Origin: an uncultured Gemmatimonadales bacterium
GTDB taxonomy: Bacteria > Gemmatimonadota > Gemmatimonadetes > Gemmatimonadales > GWC2-71-9
DNA length: 64,000 bases
NCBI GenBank assembly: GCA_963771275.1
Contig: CAVYSW010000003.1
Location: 1,696,001 to 1,760,000 of the forward strand
Direction: 5' to 3'
A model generated the notes under the pieces. The model made no database searches. It was not told the origin of the DNA and worked only from the letters and a program-made list of their open reading frames with translations. Numbering within the stretch: position 1 is the first letter of the stretch; every line of letters begins with the position of its first letter. The translations under genes and the position numbers were made by a program. This document shows, piece after piece, positions 50,689-60,199 of this stretch.

Positions 50689-52368
50689 GTGCGGTTTGAG
50701 GTCAACGACAAGTGCGTCAGCTGCATGGCATGCGTGCGGGTCTGTCCGTCGAACGCCATTGCGGTTGAGGACACGGACGTCTGGATTGTCGACGAGGCCT
50801 GCGTGCGCGCGGGGCTGTGCGTCGAGGCGTGCCCGCATGACGCGATCGATGTCGTCGGCGACCGGGCGCGGGTGCGCGAGCTGCTCGCGACCGGCTCCAC
50901 GGTGCTGGTGTTGGCGGGCGAGGCGGCGGTGCACTTCCATCCGCACGCGCTGGAGCAGGTGGTGAACGCCTGCTTCCGGGTCGGGTTCATCGGGGTGCAT
51001 CATGGGGTGGTGGGAGAGGAGCTGGTGGCCGCGGAGTACCTGCGGCTATGCAGCGACACGCGGTGGCAGACGATGATCCGGTCCACGTGTCCGATCCTGG
51101 TGGAGAAGATCCGGAGCGAGTATCCCGAGCTGGTGCGGTATCTCGCGCCGGTGGTGACGCCGCTCAAGGCCGAGGTGGACTACCTGCGCGACGTGTACGG
51201 GGAGGGCGGGGCCATCGTGTACGCCGGTGTGTGCCTGGCGGACGCGACCGGGAACGTCGAGGCGGCGCTGACGTTCCGCGATCTGGAGCTGTTGCTCGAG
51301 GAGTCCGGGGTGAGCGTGGGGGCCGAGCCCACGTACCATCGCCGCATTCCGGGCGTCCGGCGGCGGCACGTGAGCACGGCGGGCGGGATGCCGCTCGAGA
51401 TGCTGCTGCGGGAGCATCAGGCGAGCCGGCGGTTCCGCAAGTTCCGCGGGCTCGGGGCGCTGGATCTGATTCACCACGCGGTGGTGACGGACGGGATCGC
51501 GCTCGGCTTCGTGGACATTCTGCCGTGCGAGGGGTGTCTGGACCACCCGCTGCTCGGCCCGCGGGACGAGCTGTTCTGGCGGCGCCGGGTGGCGGCGCAG
51601 AGCGAGCCGCCGCGGAGCGAGTTGCCGGTGATCGACCCGGAGGTCATAGTCAACGTCGCCACATCGTTTACATTCCATGGCGACGGGACGCACCCTCCGG
51701 ACGATGAGATCGAGGCGGTCGTCCGGCAGGTGGGGACCGCCCCGAACGGCGCGCCGTGGGATTGCGGGGCGTGTGGGTTCGGGACCTGCCGGGAGTTCGC
51801 GGCGCAGCTGCTGCGGGGTCGCGCGACGCTGCGGCAGTGCCCGCCGTATCAGGAGCGGGTGGCGGCGGAGGCGCAGCGCGAGGCCGCGGTGGACGCGCTC
51901 ACGGGGCTGGTGACGTACCGCGTGCTGCGGGACCGGTTGGCCAACGAGGCGGCGCGCAGCAGCCGGAGCGGCGAGCGGTTCGCGGTGCTGTTCATGGATC
52001 TCGACGGGTTCAAGCAGGTGAACGACACGTTCGGGCACCGGGCGGGGAGCGAGGTGCTGGCGGCGATCGGGCAGGTGGTGCAGAAGGCGGTGCGGAGCAC
52101 GGATGTGGCGGGGCGGTACGGCGGTGACGAGTTCGTGGTGCTGCTGGTGCGGACGGACGTGTCGGGCGCGCTGCGGGTGGGGGAGGTGATTCGGGAGCGG
52201 GTGGAGGCGGTGGGGCGCGCGCTGGGGTATGCGCCGGGGACGATCAGCGCGTCGATCGGGGTGGCGGAGTGCGATCCCGAGGCGGCCAACGGCACGGACG
52301 TGCTGGAGCGGGCGGACCGGGCGCTGTATCGGGCGAAGGCGCTGGGCGGCAATCGCATCGAGGTCTGA
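50689..52368 (+). CDS. Diguanylate cyclase with ferredoxin, [FeFe]-hydrogenase-like and FeS sensor domains
   Basis: CVSCMACVRVCP and CVRAGLCVEACP; RSTCP, AGVC, PCEGC; DCGACGFGTC...CPP; DLDGFKQVNDTFGH, RSTD, RYGGDEF. Confidence 0.85.
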   Translation: MRFEVNDKCVSCMACVRVCPSNAIAVEDTDVWIVDEACVRAGLCVEACPHDAIDVVGDRARVRELLATGSTVLVLAGEAAVHFHPHALEQVVNACFRVGFIGVHHGVVGEELVAAEYLRLCSDTRWQTMIRSTCPILVEKIRSEYPELVRYLAPVVTPLKAEVDYLRDVYGEGGAIVYAGVCLADATGNVEAALTFRDLELLLEESGVSVGAEPTYHRRIPGVRRRHVSTAGGMPLEMLLREHQASRRFRKFRGLGALDLIHHAVVTDGIALGFVDILPCEGCLDHPLLGPRDELFWRRRVAAQSEPPRSELPVIDPEVIVNVATSFTFHGDGTHPPDDEIEAVVRQVGTAPNGAPWDCGACGFGTCREFAAQLLRGRATLRQCPPYQERVAAEAQREAAVDALTGLVTYRVLRDRLANEAARSSRSGERFAVLFMDLDGFKQVNDTFGHRAGSEVLAAIGQVVQKAVRSTDVAGRYGGDEFVVLLVRTDVSGALRVGEVIRERVEAVGRALGYAPGTISASIGVAECDPEAANGTDVLERADRALYRAKALGGNRIEV

Positions 52369-52396
52369 GGTGGCGGCTTCGAGAGGGGAGCGGGCG

Positions 52397-53149
52397 TTGA
52401 CGGCGACAGATCCGAACCGGGGCATGGAGCGGCCGGGCGGGCCGGCGCGGGCGGGCACGACGGCGACGGCGGGAGTGCACCAGGCCGACCCGTGGGGCGT
52501 GAAGCGGGCGGAGAACCTGCTCACGAGCCTGCAGGGCGTGCTGTCGGCGCGGGTGGTGGTCTCGCCGATCGGCGAGGTCGAGGAGATCCACGTGCTGACG
52601 CAGGGGAGCACGCCGGCGAAGCAGGTGGTGCGCAACGTGGAGAGCGCGCTGCTGGCGCATCTCGGCCTCAAAGTGGATCATCGCAAGATCAGCGTGGCGC
52701 AGACGGCGGAGGTGCGGCCGATCGAGGCGCTGGACCAGGACGCGGTGCGCGAGATGGCGATGCGGCGCGGGGTGCTGTTCGGCCGGCTCGAGTTTCAGTC
52801 GACCGGCGGGGGCCAGCGGATCGGGCTCCACGTGACGCTGCGCGTGGGGGACGAGGAGGTGGCGGGGACGGCGGAGGCGGTGGACAACGCGCGGGCGCGG
52901 CTCAACGGGGCGGCGCGGGCGGCGGTGGCAGCGTTGGACAAGATCCTGACGCGCGGGATGATCGACGTGGAAGGGGTGCAGGTGGTGGAGGCGTTCGACC
53001 GGCGCTTCGTGATGGCCGGAATCCTCGTTGCGGAAAGCCGTGGAAGTAGTTTATTGACAGGCACTTGCGAGCTGGCAGACAGTCCTGAGCAGGCGTCGGT
53101 GCTGGCGGTGCTGGACGCCACGAACCGGTGGCTTGCATCACGGCGCTAG
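52397..53149 (+). CDS. Conserved hypothetical protein (EEIHVL...KQVVRNVES...DHRKISVAQ...AVLDATNR type)
   Basis: Clean ORF with host-like codon use and RBS before TTG 52397; the motif pattern resembles proteins I recall beside HD-GYP genes (unverified). Confidence 0.7.
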   Translation: MTATDPNRGMERPGGPARAGTTATAGVHQADPWGVKRAENLLTSLQGVLSARVVVSPIGEVEEIHVLTQGSTPAKQVVRNVESALLAHLGLKVDHRKISVAQTAEVRPIEALDQDAVREMAMRRGVLFGRLEFQSTGGGQRIGLHVTLRVGDEEVAGTAEAVDNARARLNGAARAAVAALDKILTRGMIDVEGVQVVEAFDRRFVMAGILVAESRGSSLLTGTCELADSPEQASVLAVLDATNRWLASRR

Positions 53150-53434
53150 CGTAGACCAAGTCCTATCATTACTTTGGTTCGCCCAAACCACAGGGCGGGC
53201 CGGCGCGGTCCAATCCCATGTCGCGGGTTTGGTTGTGTCGGCTTATTTGATCTGGTTTCTCACCAGTCTTCACGAGTACTTAAGGAGAGATCGAAGGGGC
53301 CCCCGGTCGCCGAGCTGCCAGTACGGAGCGAAGTTGATCGGGTAAGACGAGCGGAGCGTCAGGGTATGCCATAGCGGGGCATGCCACTTCTCATCGTGAT
53401 CCGTCTGAAACGGTCAGGGGGGAGGTGACGCTCA

Positions 53435-53515
53435 ATGCCAGGATTCGGTTGGCTCGCGTTCCTGCTGGGGATTTTTGCTCGAGCTTTCTCCGCGCAGGGA
53501 ACGATCATGTGGTAG
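53435..53515 (+). CDS. 26-aa micropeptide MPGFGWLAFLLGIFARAFSAQGTIMW (putative signalling-peptide precursor)
   Basis: Strong RBS GGAGGTGA at 53421-28; hydrophobic core, small-residue cleavage-like site, short Trp-terminated tail; below the ORF-track cutoff. Confidence 0.6.
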   Translation: MPGFGWLAFLLGIFARAFSAQGTIMW

Positions 53516-53555
53516 TTCGTCAATCGGGGGCACCCCTCCCTTTTTCGCGTTCAGG

Positions 53556-54878
53556 ATGCAGAGGCCACGGGCGATCCATGTCTATGTCGCCGCAGTCTTC
53601 ATTGCGGCGGCGGTCCTGATTGGGCGGGCTTCTTGGGTCGTCCCGGGGGAGCCGAGCCAATTCTGGAACGCAATGGCGGCGTTTCTAGTCTTGGCGGTGG
53701 TTTCGGAGTTGGCATTCCTCAAGCTCCCCATGGGTACGGCGACCTCATCCGTATCCTTCATTCCCTACCTAGCCGCGATTGCCTTGGTTGGTCCGGCGTG
53801 GGCGATGGCGTTGACGGGACTCGCCACGTTCTCGGCGGAGACATTTGTCCGGCGCAAGCCCCTGATCAAGATCATCCTCAACACATCGAAGGAGGTAGTG
53901 GGCGTTGGGCTGGCAGGCTTGTTGTACCTGCAGTTAGGAGGCACAGTCTCGCTAACGGGCCTCGTAGTGGCTCCCTTCGCCTTCGCCATTGCAGTCTGTG
54001 GTTACATGGTTGTGAACACTGGCGCGCCCGCAATCGCTATCGCGCTGAGTAGCGGAACCGCCCTAGGGGACTCGTGGAATCGACTGGTTGGGGGGTCGCT
54101 TCTTTTCGACTTCCTCGCGAGCCCTCTTGCGTTGCTGCTCGCGTTCTTGTACACGGAGGCACAGCTCGCCGGTGTGATCGTAGTGACGATCCCGCTGTTC
54201 CTGATCCGTCACGTCTATAGCGTCAACCTGCGGCTCGAGCAGAACAACCGTGACCTGCTTGAGCTGATGGTCAAGAACCTCGAAGCACGGGACCCGTACA
54301 CATCCGGTCACTCGGTGCGCGTGGCGCGGCTCGCGGACGTCCTGTCGCGCGCCCTCGGGCTGCCTGGCAAGCAGATCGCGCAGATCGGGACGGCAGCTCT
54401 CCTTCATGACGTGGGGAAGATCCACGAGGAGTACGGGGTCATCCTGCGAAAGCAGGGACGGCTCACCGCCGAAGAGATGGCTGTGATGCGGACACACCCG
54501 ATCAGGAGTTACGAACTTGTTCGCATCATTTCTGGGTTCAGAGGTGGCGTCGATCTTGTCGTGCGGCATCACCACGAGAACTATGATGGGTCTGGCTATC
54601 CGGATGGCTTAGCGGGGGAGGCAATCCCGATCGGGGCACGGATCATCATGGTTGCTGATACTGCCGATGCGATGACGACGGACCGCCCGTATCGGACAGC
54701 CCTAGGGTACAACGAGGTGCTAGCGGAACTTGAGCGGTATGCGGGTATGCAGTTCGACCCGCAGCTCGTGAAGCTTTTCGGGACCACGCCTGCTGTCAGG
54801 GCCCTAGTTGAGGCCACCAAGGTTGGCCAGGAATCGCCTCGGGAATTGCCCACCCATAGAGCTGTGCAGCTCGCCTGA
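53556..54878 (+). CDS. Membrane-integral HD-GYP phosphodiesterase
   Basis: About 7 TMs, then EARDPYTSGHS, LLHDVGKI, HHENYDGSGYPDG, ADTADAMTTDRPYR. Confidence 0.9.
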   Translation: MQRPRAIHVYVAAVFIAAAVLIGRASWVVPGEPSQFWNAMAAFLVLAVVSELAFLKLPMGTATSSVSFIPYLAAIALVGPAWAMALTGLATFSAETFVRRKPLIKIILNTSKEVVGVGLAGLLYLQLGGTVSLTGLVVAPFAFAIAVCGYMVVNTGAPAIAIALSSGTALGDSWNRLVGGSLLFDFLASPLALLLAFLYTEAQLAGVIVVTIPLFLIRHVYSVNLRLEQNNRDLLELMVKNLEARDPYTSGHSVRVARLADVLSRALGLPGKQIAQIGTAALLHDVGKIHEEYGVILRKQGRLTAEEMAVMRTHPIRSYELVRIISGFRGGVDLVVRHHHENYDGSGYPDGLAGEAIPIGARIIMVADTADAMTTDRPYRTALGYNEVLAELERYAGMQFDPQLVKLFGTTPAVRALVEATKVGQESPRELPTHRAVQLA

Positions 54879-57800
54879 GATTCACGATCCCTCTCGCATC
54901 GGCCAGTTCAGCTTGGGGTGCGGTTCCCACGACGGCGAGATGCAGCAGGACTCCTGGCACAGTGGCCTGTAGAATCTCCTGAACAACGGCGATTCCGGCC
55001 TGCTCGTCACCCCGGACCATCCGCAACCACGCGTCGAGTCCTCGCACCTCAAGCTGGCCCGCGATTGGCAGACGCCCGAGTCGCTCCTCCCGCTGCTCTT
55101 GGATGGAGACGTAGGCATCCCAGCCTTGTGTCGCAGCGACATAGTGTCTCAGGAGTCGCTCGTGCCTTCCAGCTTCGCCGGTGGTCACGATCCGTTCGCC
55201 CACCGGAAGCACATGTTCTTCCACGAGTCCCCAGGCTAGTTCTGCTTCTTGTTCTGCGAGATGGTAGTCAGCACGAACCAGGAAGACGTCGAGGGCGTCC
55301 TGCCGAAATGTGGAGCGTGCAGCCCAGTGCTCTGCTAATCGCAACAGGTCGTCGGCCTGCTGGGCTTGGCCTGTGTCGAGACAGAACGACGCCGCTGCGG
55401 CGAATACTGTGGCCTTGGCTCTTGGACTCTGGTGGCGCCGGGCGGCGACGAGCGCGTTGGCAAACGAGCCGGCTGCCTGCAGGAACTTGCCGCGGTCCTG
55501 TTGGAGAACCGCGACGTTGCACCACAGAAGCGGCTTCGCTGCTCGCAACGGTTCAGGTGTTGTGCTGACGATCTGAGCGAACGTCGCCTCCGCATGGTCC
55601 AGGCGACCAGCTGAGGTGTGAGCCATACCCATGCCGTTCAACAGACGGTGAAGCAGGGACAGGTTCACAATATCCTCCCGCTTCGTCAATCCGATTCCTT
55701 CATCAAACACCGTTGCGGCCTCCTCAGGGTGTCCTGAAATCAACAGGCAGTAGCCAACGGTCAATGCGATCATCGCCTTGGAGTGTGGCTCGACAATTCT
55801 CGCCCTTACCTCCGCTATCACTTGCTCTATCTGTTGGAGGCGCCGCAAGTCGCCTGCCTCACTGGCCATCTCTGCAGCCACCTGGAGGGCCTCCGCGATC
55901 AGGAGCTCAGATCCGTCCCTGATGGCTGCAGCGAGAACGGAGTCGGCCATCTCCCTGACCTTGTGACTCGACTCCTCGCGGAGAGCAGCAAGTGATCGGA
56001 CCTGCAAGAGAGAGGCGTGGGTAGCCTCGCGGGGCGATACTTGCCGGAGGTCCTCCACCTTCTCCAATGTGGTCAGCGTCTCTCGATCTTTGCCCTGAGC
56101 TGACTGTGCCGAAGCGAGTGTGAGGATCGCGTCTACCCCACTCGCGTCTGGAGCTGTCGATAACAGATCCCCAAGAGCCTCCTCAGCTTCAGCAGGTGCC
56201 CCGGCGGCCACGGCGACCTTCGCCGCGACACGTATGAGGTTGCCTGCCTCTTCACCGTTCCCGGCTCTCAGAAAGTGGTATCCCTGTTCCAAGCGCTCCT
56301 TGAAATGGCTGGGCTTCAGCGGTTCGACGGGGCCACGTGCGAGAATCGTGTGATAGTACTTCTTCCTCTCGGGGCTGGTGGCGAAGTAGACAAAGGCCCG
56401 ATGTAGCTCACCCTTGAAACGTAGCGCTCCGTGATCGAGGCCGAGGATTCCTCGGTCCAGCAACACCAGTGCGTGTGGATCGAGTTCCCCGACCTCGATG
56501 CTCAGACAGCGGGATAGCTCAGCCGGCGTCAGAGATCTGCGTGCCGCCGCCAGGACTTGAAGTAGGTTCTGCGATGCCGGCAACAGCCCCCTGTATTGGT
56601 TCGCGAACGCCTGCCTCATCGAATCGGGCGGAGTCCAATCGGCTGGCAACTCGTGGGTTGTCGCACCGGCCGCCAACGAGTCTGCGGCGTACTGCTTCCA
56701 ATCCGCGACGAGCATCTCCGCGAAATGTGGGTTCCCCTCCGCGAGCTCGACAATGCGCGCGCGCACTCCGCCGGCCTGCACGTTGAGTGACGGTGCGAGA
56801 GTGGTGAGCAACGTGTGCATCTCTCCCGCGTCCAGCGGTCCGAGGCGCAACGTCCGGTGCCAGGCGAGCGGCTCGTCGCCCAGGGGGCCGGCCAGCAGCC
56901 CTCCCTCGAAGCTGCGCACGCGTGAGGTCGCGACGAGCAGCACCCCGTGGCCCTCGAGGCGACGGGCGAGCACGTGGAGCACGTCCCGCGTTGCCGGATC
57001 CATGAACTGCAAGTCGTCAAACACGATCGCGACCGGGCCACCGTCGGCGACTGCGTCGAGCATCTGGAGCACGCCCTCGGCCACACGCAGCCGCACGGAC
57101 TCGGCCGGTGCGGGTGGCGGCTCGGGGATCCCCGGATAGACCGTGCGCAGGCCGGGATGCACTCGGCTCACCTCCGCGAGCCACTTGGGATCCGTGCCGG
57201 CGGCCGCCGGATCCCGCGCCAAGGCCGTCACGACATCCGAGATAGCCGCGAACGGGATGCCTTCGCCGATCTCCTGGCAGCTCACCAGGAACACCGGCTG
57301 AGCACGCGCCGCGAGCGTGGCGGCGAACCGGCGGATCAGCGAGCTCTTCCCGATGCCCCCGGGGCCCTCGACGAGACAGGCCTGAAAGCCACCCGTCCGG
57401 GCGCAATCCCACTCGGCCTCGAGCTGGGCCAGTTCGTGCTCCCTCCCCACGAAAACCGCCGGCCGCAGTGCCGTCGCGCCGGATGCCATCCGTGGCGGGA
57501 TGACCTCCACCGGCGGGTGCGCTCCCGCCTCCAACCGGCGCAGGAGCCGCTCGGTGTCCTTCTGCGGCATGCAGCCGAGGGCTTCTCGAACGCCCGCGAT
57601 GTGCTCGCGCAACAGCCGAATGGCGGCGATCACATCCCCGCGCAGCAACTCACGCTCCGCCAAAGCGTGCACCGCGAGGTCCGAGAGCGGGTCGATCTCA
57701 TAGAGCACGTGTGCGCACAGGTGCACCCGGTCGAGCTCGCCGTTCCGGCGGTGGCGAGCCATGTTGTCCCGCAGCGCCTGGTCGGCGAGACGCAGACAAC

Positions 57801-58212
57801 GGGCACGAGCCCGCTCCACCCAGTGCGCGAATTCAGCACCCGCCCATTCGTCGAGCTGCGCGAGCGGGTGTGCCACATCGAGCCGCTCAGGCTCGTCCCC
57901 CAACAGGTCCAGATCGGTGGCCAGCGCCACCGACAGCCGCACCCCGCTTCCCACCCTGGTGACGGCACGCGGACCCAGCAGGCCGCGAATCGCGCTCACC
58001 GCCTGTTCCAACGAGTGTCGCGCGCGCCTGATCGGGACGTGCTCCCACAGCATCTCCGCCAGGAAATCCCGACCGACCGGCTGATCACGGCCCTCGAGTG
58101 AGAGGTACACCAGGAGGCTCAGCTGCTTCTTTGCGCGCAGCCGCCGTGGTGTGCCCTCCGGGTCCAGGACCTCGGGCACCCCGAACAGCCTGAGTTCAAA
58201 GTCGTCTCGCAT
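54796..58212 (-). CDS. SARP/BTAD-type regulator with AAA (STAND-like) ATPase and TPR-like repeats
   Basis: LRLFG...LLVYL...RDFLAEMLW winged helix, BTAD-like region, GPGGIGKS, VFDDLQFMD, EGNP, helical C-terminus. Confidence 0.85.
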   Translation of the reverse strand: MRDDFELRLFGVPEVLDPEGTPRRLRAKKQLSLLVYLSLEGRDQPVGRDFLAEMLWEHVPIRRARHSLEQAVSAIRGLLGPRAVTRVGSGVRLSVALATDLDLLGDEPERLDVAHPLAQLDEWAGAEFAHWVERARARCLRLADQALRDNMARHRRNGELDRVHLCAHVLYEIDPLSDLAVHALAERELLRGDVIAAIRLLREHIAGVREALGCMPQKDTERLLRRLEAGAHPPVEVIPPRMASGATALRPAVFVGREHELAQLEAEWDCARTGGFQACLVEGPGGIGKSSLIRRFAATLAARAQPVFLVSCQEIGEGIPFAAISDVVTALARDPAAAGTDPKWLAEVSRVHPGLRTVYPGIPEPPPAPAESVRLRVAEGVLQMLDAVADGGPVAIVFDDLQFMDPATRDVLHVLARRLEGHGVLLVATSRVRSFEGGLLAGPLGDEPLAWHRTLRLGPLDAGEMHTLLTTLAPSLNVQAGGVRARIVELAEGNPHFAEMLVADWKQYAADSLAAGATTHELPADWTPPDSMRQAFANQYRGLLPASQNLLQVLAAARRSLTPAELSRCLSIEVGELDPHALVLLDRGILGLDHGALRFKGELHRAFVYFATSPERKKYYHTILARGPVEPLKPSHFKERLEQGYHFLRAGNGEEAGNLIRVAAKVAVAAGAPAEAEEALGDLLSTAPDASGVDAILTLASAQSAQGKDRETLTTLEKVEDLRQVSPREATHASLLQVRSLAALREESSHKVREMADSVLAAAIRDGSELLIAEALQVAAEMASEAGDLRRLQQIEQVIAEVRARIVEPHSKAMIALTVGYCLLISGHPEEAATVFDEGIGLTKREDIVNLSLLHRLLNGMGMAHTSAGRLDHAEATFAQIVSTTPEPLRAAKPLLWCNVAVLQQDRGKFLQAAGSFANALVAARRHQSPRAKATVFAAAASFCLDTGQAQQADDLLRLAEHWAARSTFRQDALDVFLVRADYHLAEQEAELAWGLVEEHVLPVGERIVTTGEAGRHERLLRHYVAATQGWDAYVSIQEQREERLGRLPIAGQLEVRGLDAWLRMVRGDEQAGIAVVQEILQATVPGVLLHLAVVGTAPQAELADARGIVNLRRAAQLYGWAIPEAIPGQPWWPQLGP

Positions 58213-58610
58213 AAGGAGACGCCGCCCGTCTCGCTAACGGTCGCGAATTTCCAACGCCAGTGTCAACAGACACTCAACACAATGTGGGACGATAGTTTAC
58301 AACACTGATGATTGGTCTTGCCAGGGCTAGTGTTGCGTTGACTCAACCGTGTAAGCCGAGCTCCCTGTCCACCATGGCTCCGTCCCGGCCCGGCGTCCGG
58401 CGTTCTACGGATGCCGGGTTGTCCCCTCCTCCTGACACCGGAGTCCCCTGAAGGCGACGTCGCGCCTCGGTTGGACGGCGTGCCGCAGCGCCACGGAACC
58501 GCGCGGGAACTGGTTCCCGGACGTCAACCCGTAACGCCGAACCGTGTTACGCGCGACGGCGCGCCCCGTTGTTCCCGCGGGTTCCCGTCCACCCAAGGTC
58601 CCCGTGGCTC

Positions 58611-58625
58611 CGGCACGCGTGATGC
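58611..58625 (+). promoter_or_regulatory. sigma54 promoter of the DUF4384-like gene
   Basis: CGGCAC-GCGTG-ATGC; GG 58612-13 and GC 58624-25; upstream palindromes at 58505-58551. Confidence 0.6.
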
Positions 58626-58665
58626 CCCTCACCACGCTGGCAGTTCATCACCAAAGGGAGGATGT

Positions 58666-59343
58666 ATGAGGTACGCAATGCTGGCTCTATCCTTCGCCCT
58701 GCTCACGCCGGTCCGCGCGCCGGCCCAGAGCGAGCCGCCGATCCGACTGAAGCTCTCGGACCGCACGCTCACCAGCGGGCAACGCGAGAGGATCCGTGTG
58801 CGCACCGCCGCCGATGGCTATCTGGTCGTGCTGCGGACGGACACGCAGGGCAACGTCCGGGTGCTGTTCCCGGTCAATCCGACGGATAACGGGGCGATCC
58901 CAGGCGGCAAGGACTTCGAGGTCCGCGGCCGCGGGAATCGGGACGCCTTTGCGGCGTTCGAGCAGCCGGGCTCCGGTACCGTGCTGGCGGCCTGGGCCGA
59001 TCATCCGTTCACGTTCACCGATTTCGCGACCCGCGGTCACTGGACCCGGGCCGGTCTGGTGGCCGACAGCGCGGGGACCGATGCCGAGGCCGCCATGCTC
59101 GGCATCGTCGACCAGATGAGCACCGGTCCGTACCGGTACGACGTCGCGGAGTACACCGTCCACCACCGCGACTACCGCGAGTTTTATGGTGGGTGGTACA
59201 ACCCCTGGTACGGCCCGGGTTGGGGCGGCGCGTTCACGCCGTGGTCGTGGAACCCCTACCTGTACGGGCCCCGACTCGGCGTGCGGATGGCCCTGCGTCC
59301 GGGATTCGGCCTGAGGCGGTTCGACGTGGACGATGGCCGATAG
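58666..59343 (+). CDS. Secreted DUF4384-like protein
   Basis: Signal ending APA/Q; DGYLVVLRTDTQGNVRVLFP; aromatic/Gly-rich tail; RBS GGAGG. Confidence 0.7.
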   Translation: MRYAMLALSFALLTPVRAPAQSEPPIRLKLSDRTLTSGQRERIRVRTAADGYLVVLRTDTQGNVRVLFPVNPTDNGAIPGGKDFEVRGRGNRDAFAAFEQPGSGTVLAAWADHPFTFTDFATRGHWTRAGLVADSAGTDAEAAMLGIVDQMSTGPYRYDVAEYTVHHRDYREFYGGWYNPWYGPGWGGAFTPWSWNPYLYGPRLGVRMALRPGFGLRRFDVDDGR

Positions 59344-59370
59344 CCGATCACCGATGGCGATAACCGATGG
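59332..59370 (+). repeat. GCCGATA-like heptamer array overlapping the stop codon
   Basis: gatggcc gatagcc gatcacc gatggc gataacc gatgg. Confidence 0.65.
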
Positions 59371-59440
59371 GGATGCTGTGCGCAGCACGCGCGGGCATCC
59401 CTGTCGCGCGTCTGAGTCGCCGGCCGGCAGGCCGGAGGCG

Positions 59441-59552
59441 CCACGGCCAGGGTAAGCCCGCGGAGAATGCCCAGACCGCCGAGGATCACCCGCGGCGTGA
59501 CCGGCTCGCCCAGCACCGCCGTCCCCAACAGCACCGCCATGAGCGTGCTCCA
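59441..59552 (-). pseudogene. Displaced duplicate of the EamA gene 3' end
   Basis: 112 bp colinear with 60954-61065; WSTLMAVLLGTAVLGEPVT versus WSTLMAVLLGAAVLGEPVT. Confidence 0.88.
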
Positions 59553-59608
59553 CCGCGTGAATTCGTCGGGCCTTGCCTTGGCTCCCCGGTGCTCCACATA
59601 TTCGGGCT

Positions 59609-59824
59609 ATGAGCGCGCCGAAGTTCGACTTTTCCCGGCTTTCCCCGTCTGAGCGCCTCCAGTTGGTGGAGGAGCTGTGGGACAGCCTCACGGATGAGGA
59701 GATCGACCTGACCGCCGAACAGCGGGCGGAAGTGGAACGCCGGCGGGAACGCTTGGAGCGGGAAGGCCCGGCCGGACGGCCCTGGCGCGAGGTGCTCGAC
59801 GATCTCGGCGCGCACGGTGGATGA
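59609..59824 (+). CDS. Addiction-module antitoxin
   Basis: LSPSERLQLVEELWDSL...EQRAEVERR...PWREV; overlaps the toxin start. Confidence 0.85.
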   Translation: MSAPKFDFSRLSPSERLQLVEELWDSLTDEEIDLTAEQRAEVERRRERLEREGPAGRPWREVLDDLGAHGG

Positions 59825-60118
59825 CGCCGCGCGTCGTCCTGGAGCCAGCGGCTGAGGCGGAGTTTCGGGAAGCGGCGTCCTGGTACGCGGCGCGAACCCC
59901 AGCCCTGGGAGTGAGCTTTCGGCAGGCGGCGGCCTGCGGTGTTCCGGACGATCGAAGAAAACCCACTGCGCTTCCCGGTCGCCCTTCGGGACATCCGGAA
60001 GGCTCGGCTGCAGAGATTCCCGTACATTGTGTACTACGTCGTTCTACCGGAGGCGGTGTCCGTCATCGCCGTGATCCACGGCGGGCGCGAGCCACGGCGC
60101 TGGCAAGAGCGCCGCTGA
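59821..60118 (+). pseudogene. RelE/ParE-family toxin with a frameshift at about 59935
   Basis: PAAEAEFREAASWY...LGVSF, then shifted frame IEENPLRFP...RKARLQRFPYIVYY...IAVIHGGREPRRW*. Confidence 0.8.
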
Positions 60119-60199
60119 GCGAAACCCGCCGTTCCCCCGACTCCCCCCTCGAAAGTGCACGTCGGCGATCTTGCGTGCAGGTTACGATCAAGAATCGGC

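Noticed and set aside
50689..52368. Catalytic [FeFe] hydrogenase
   Set aside because: H-cluster motifs are degenerate (no TSCCP, no PCxxKK) and no maturases are in the window.
53133..53345. 70-aa ORF between the hypothetical gene and the micropeptide
   Set aside because: TTG start inside the upstream gene, no RBS, no motif.
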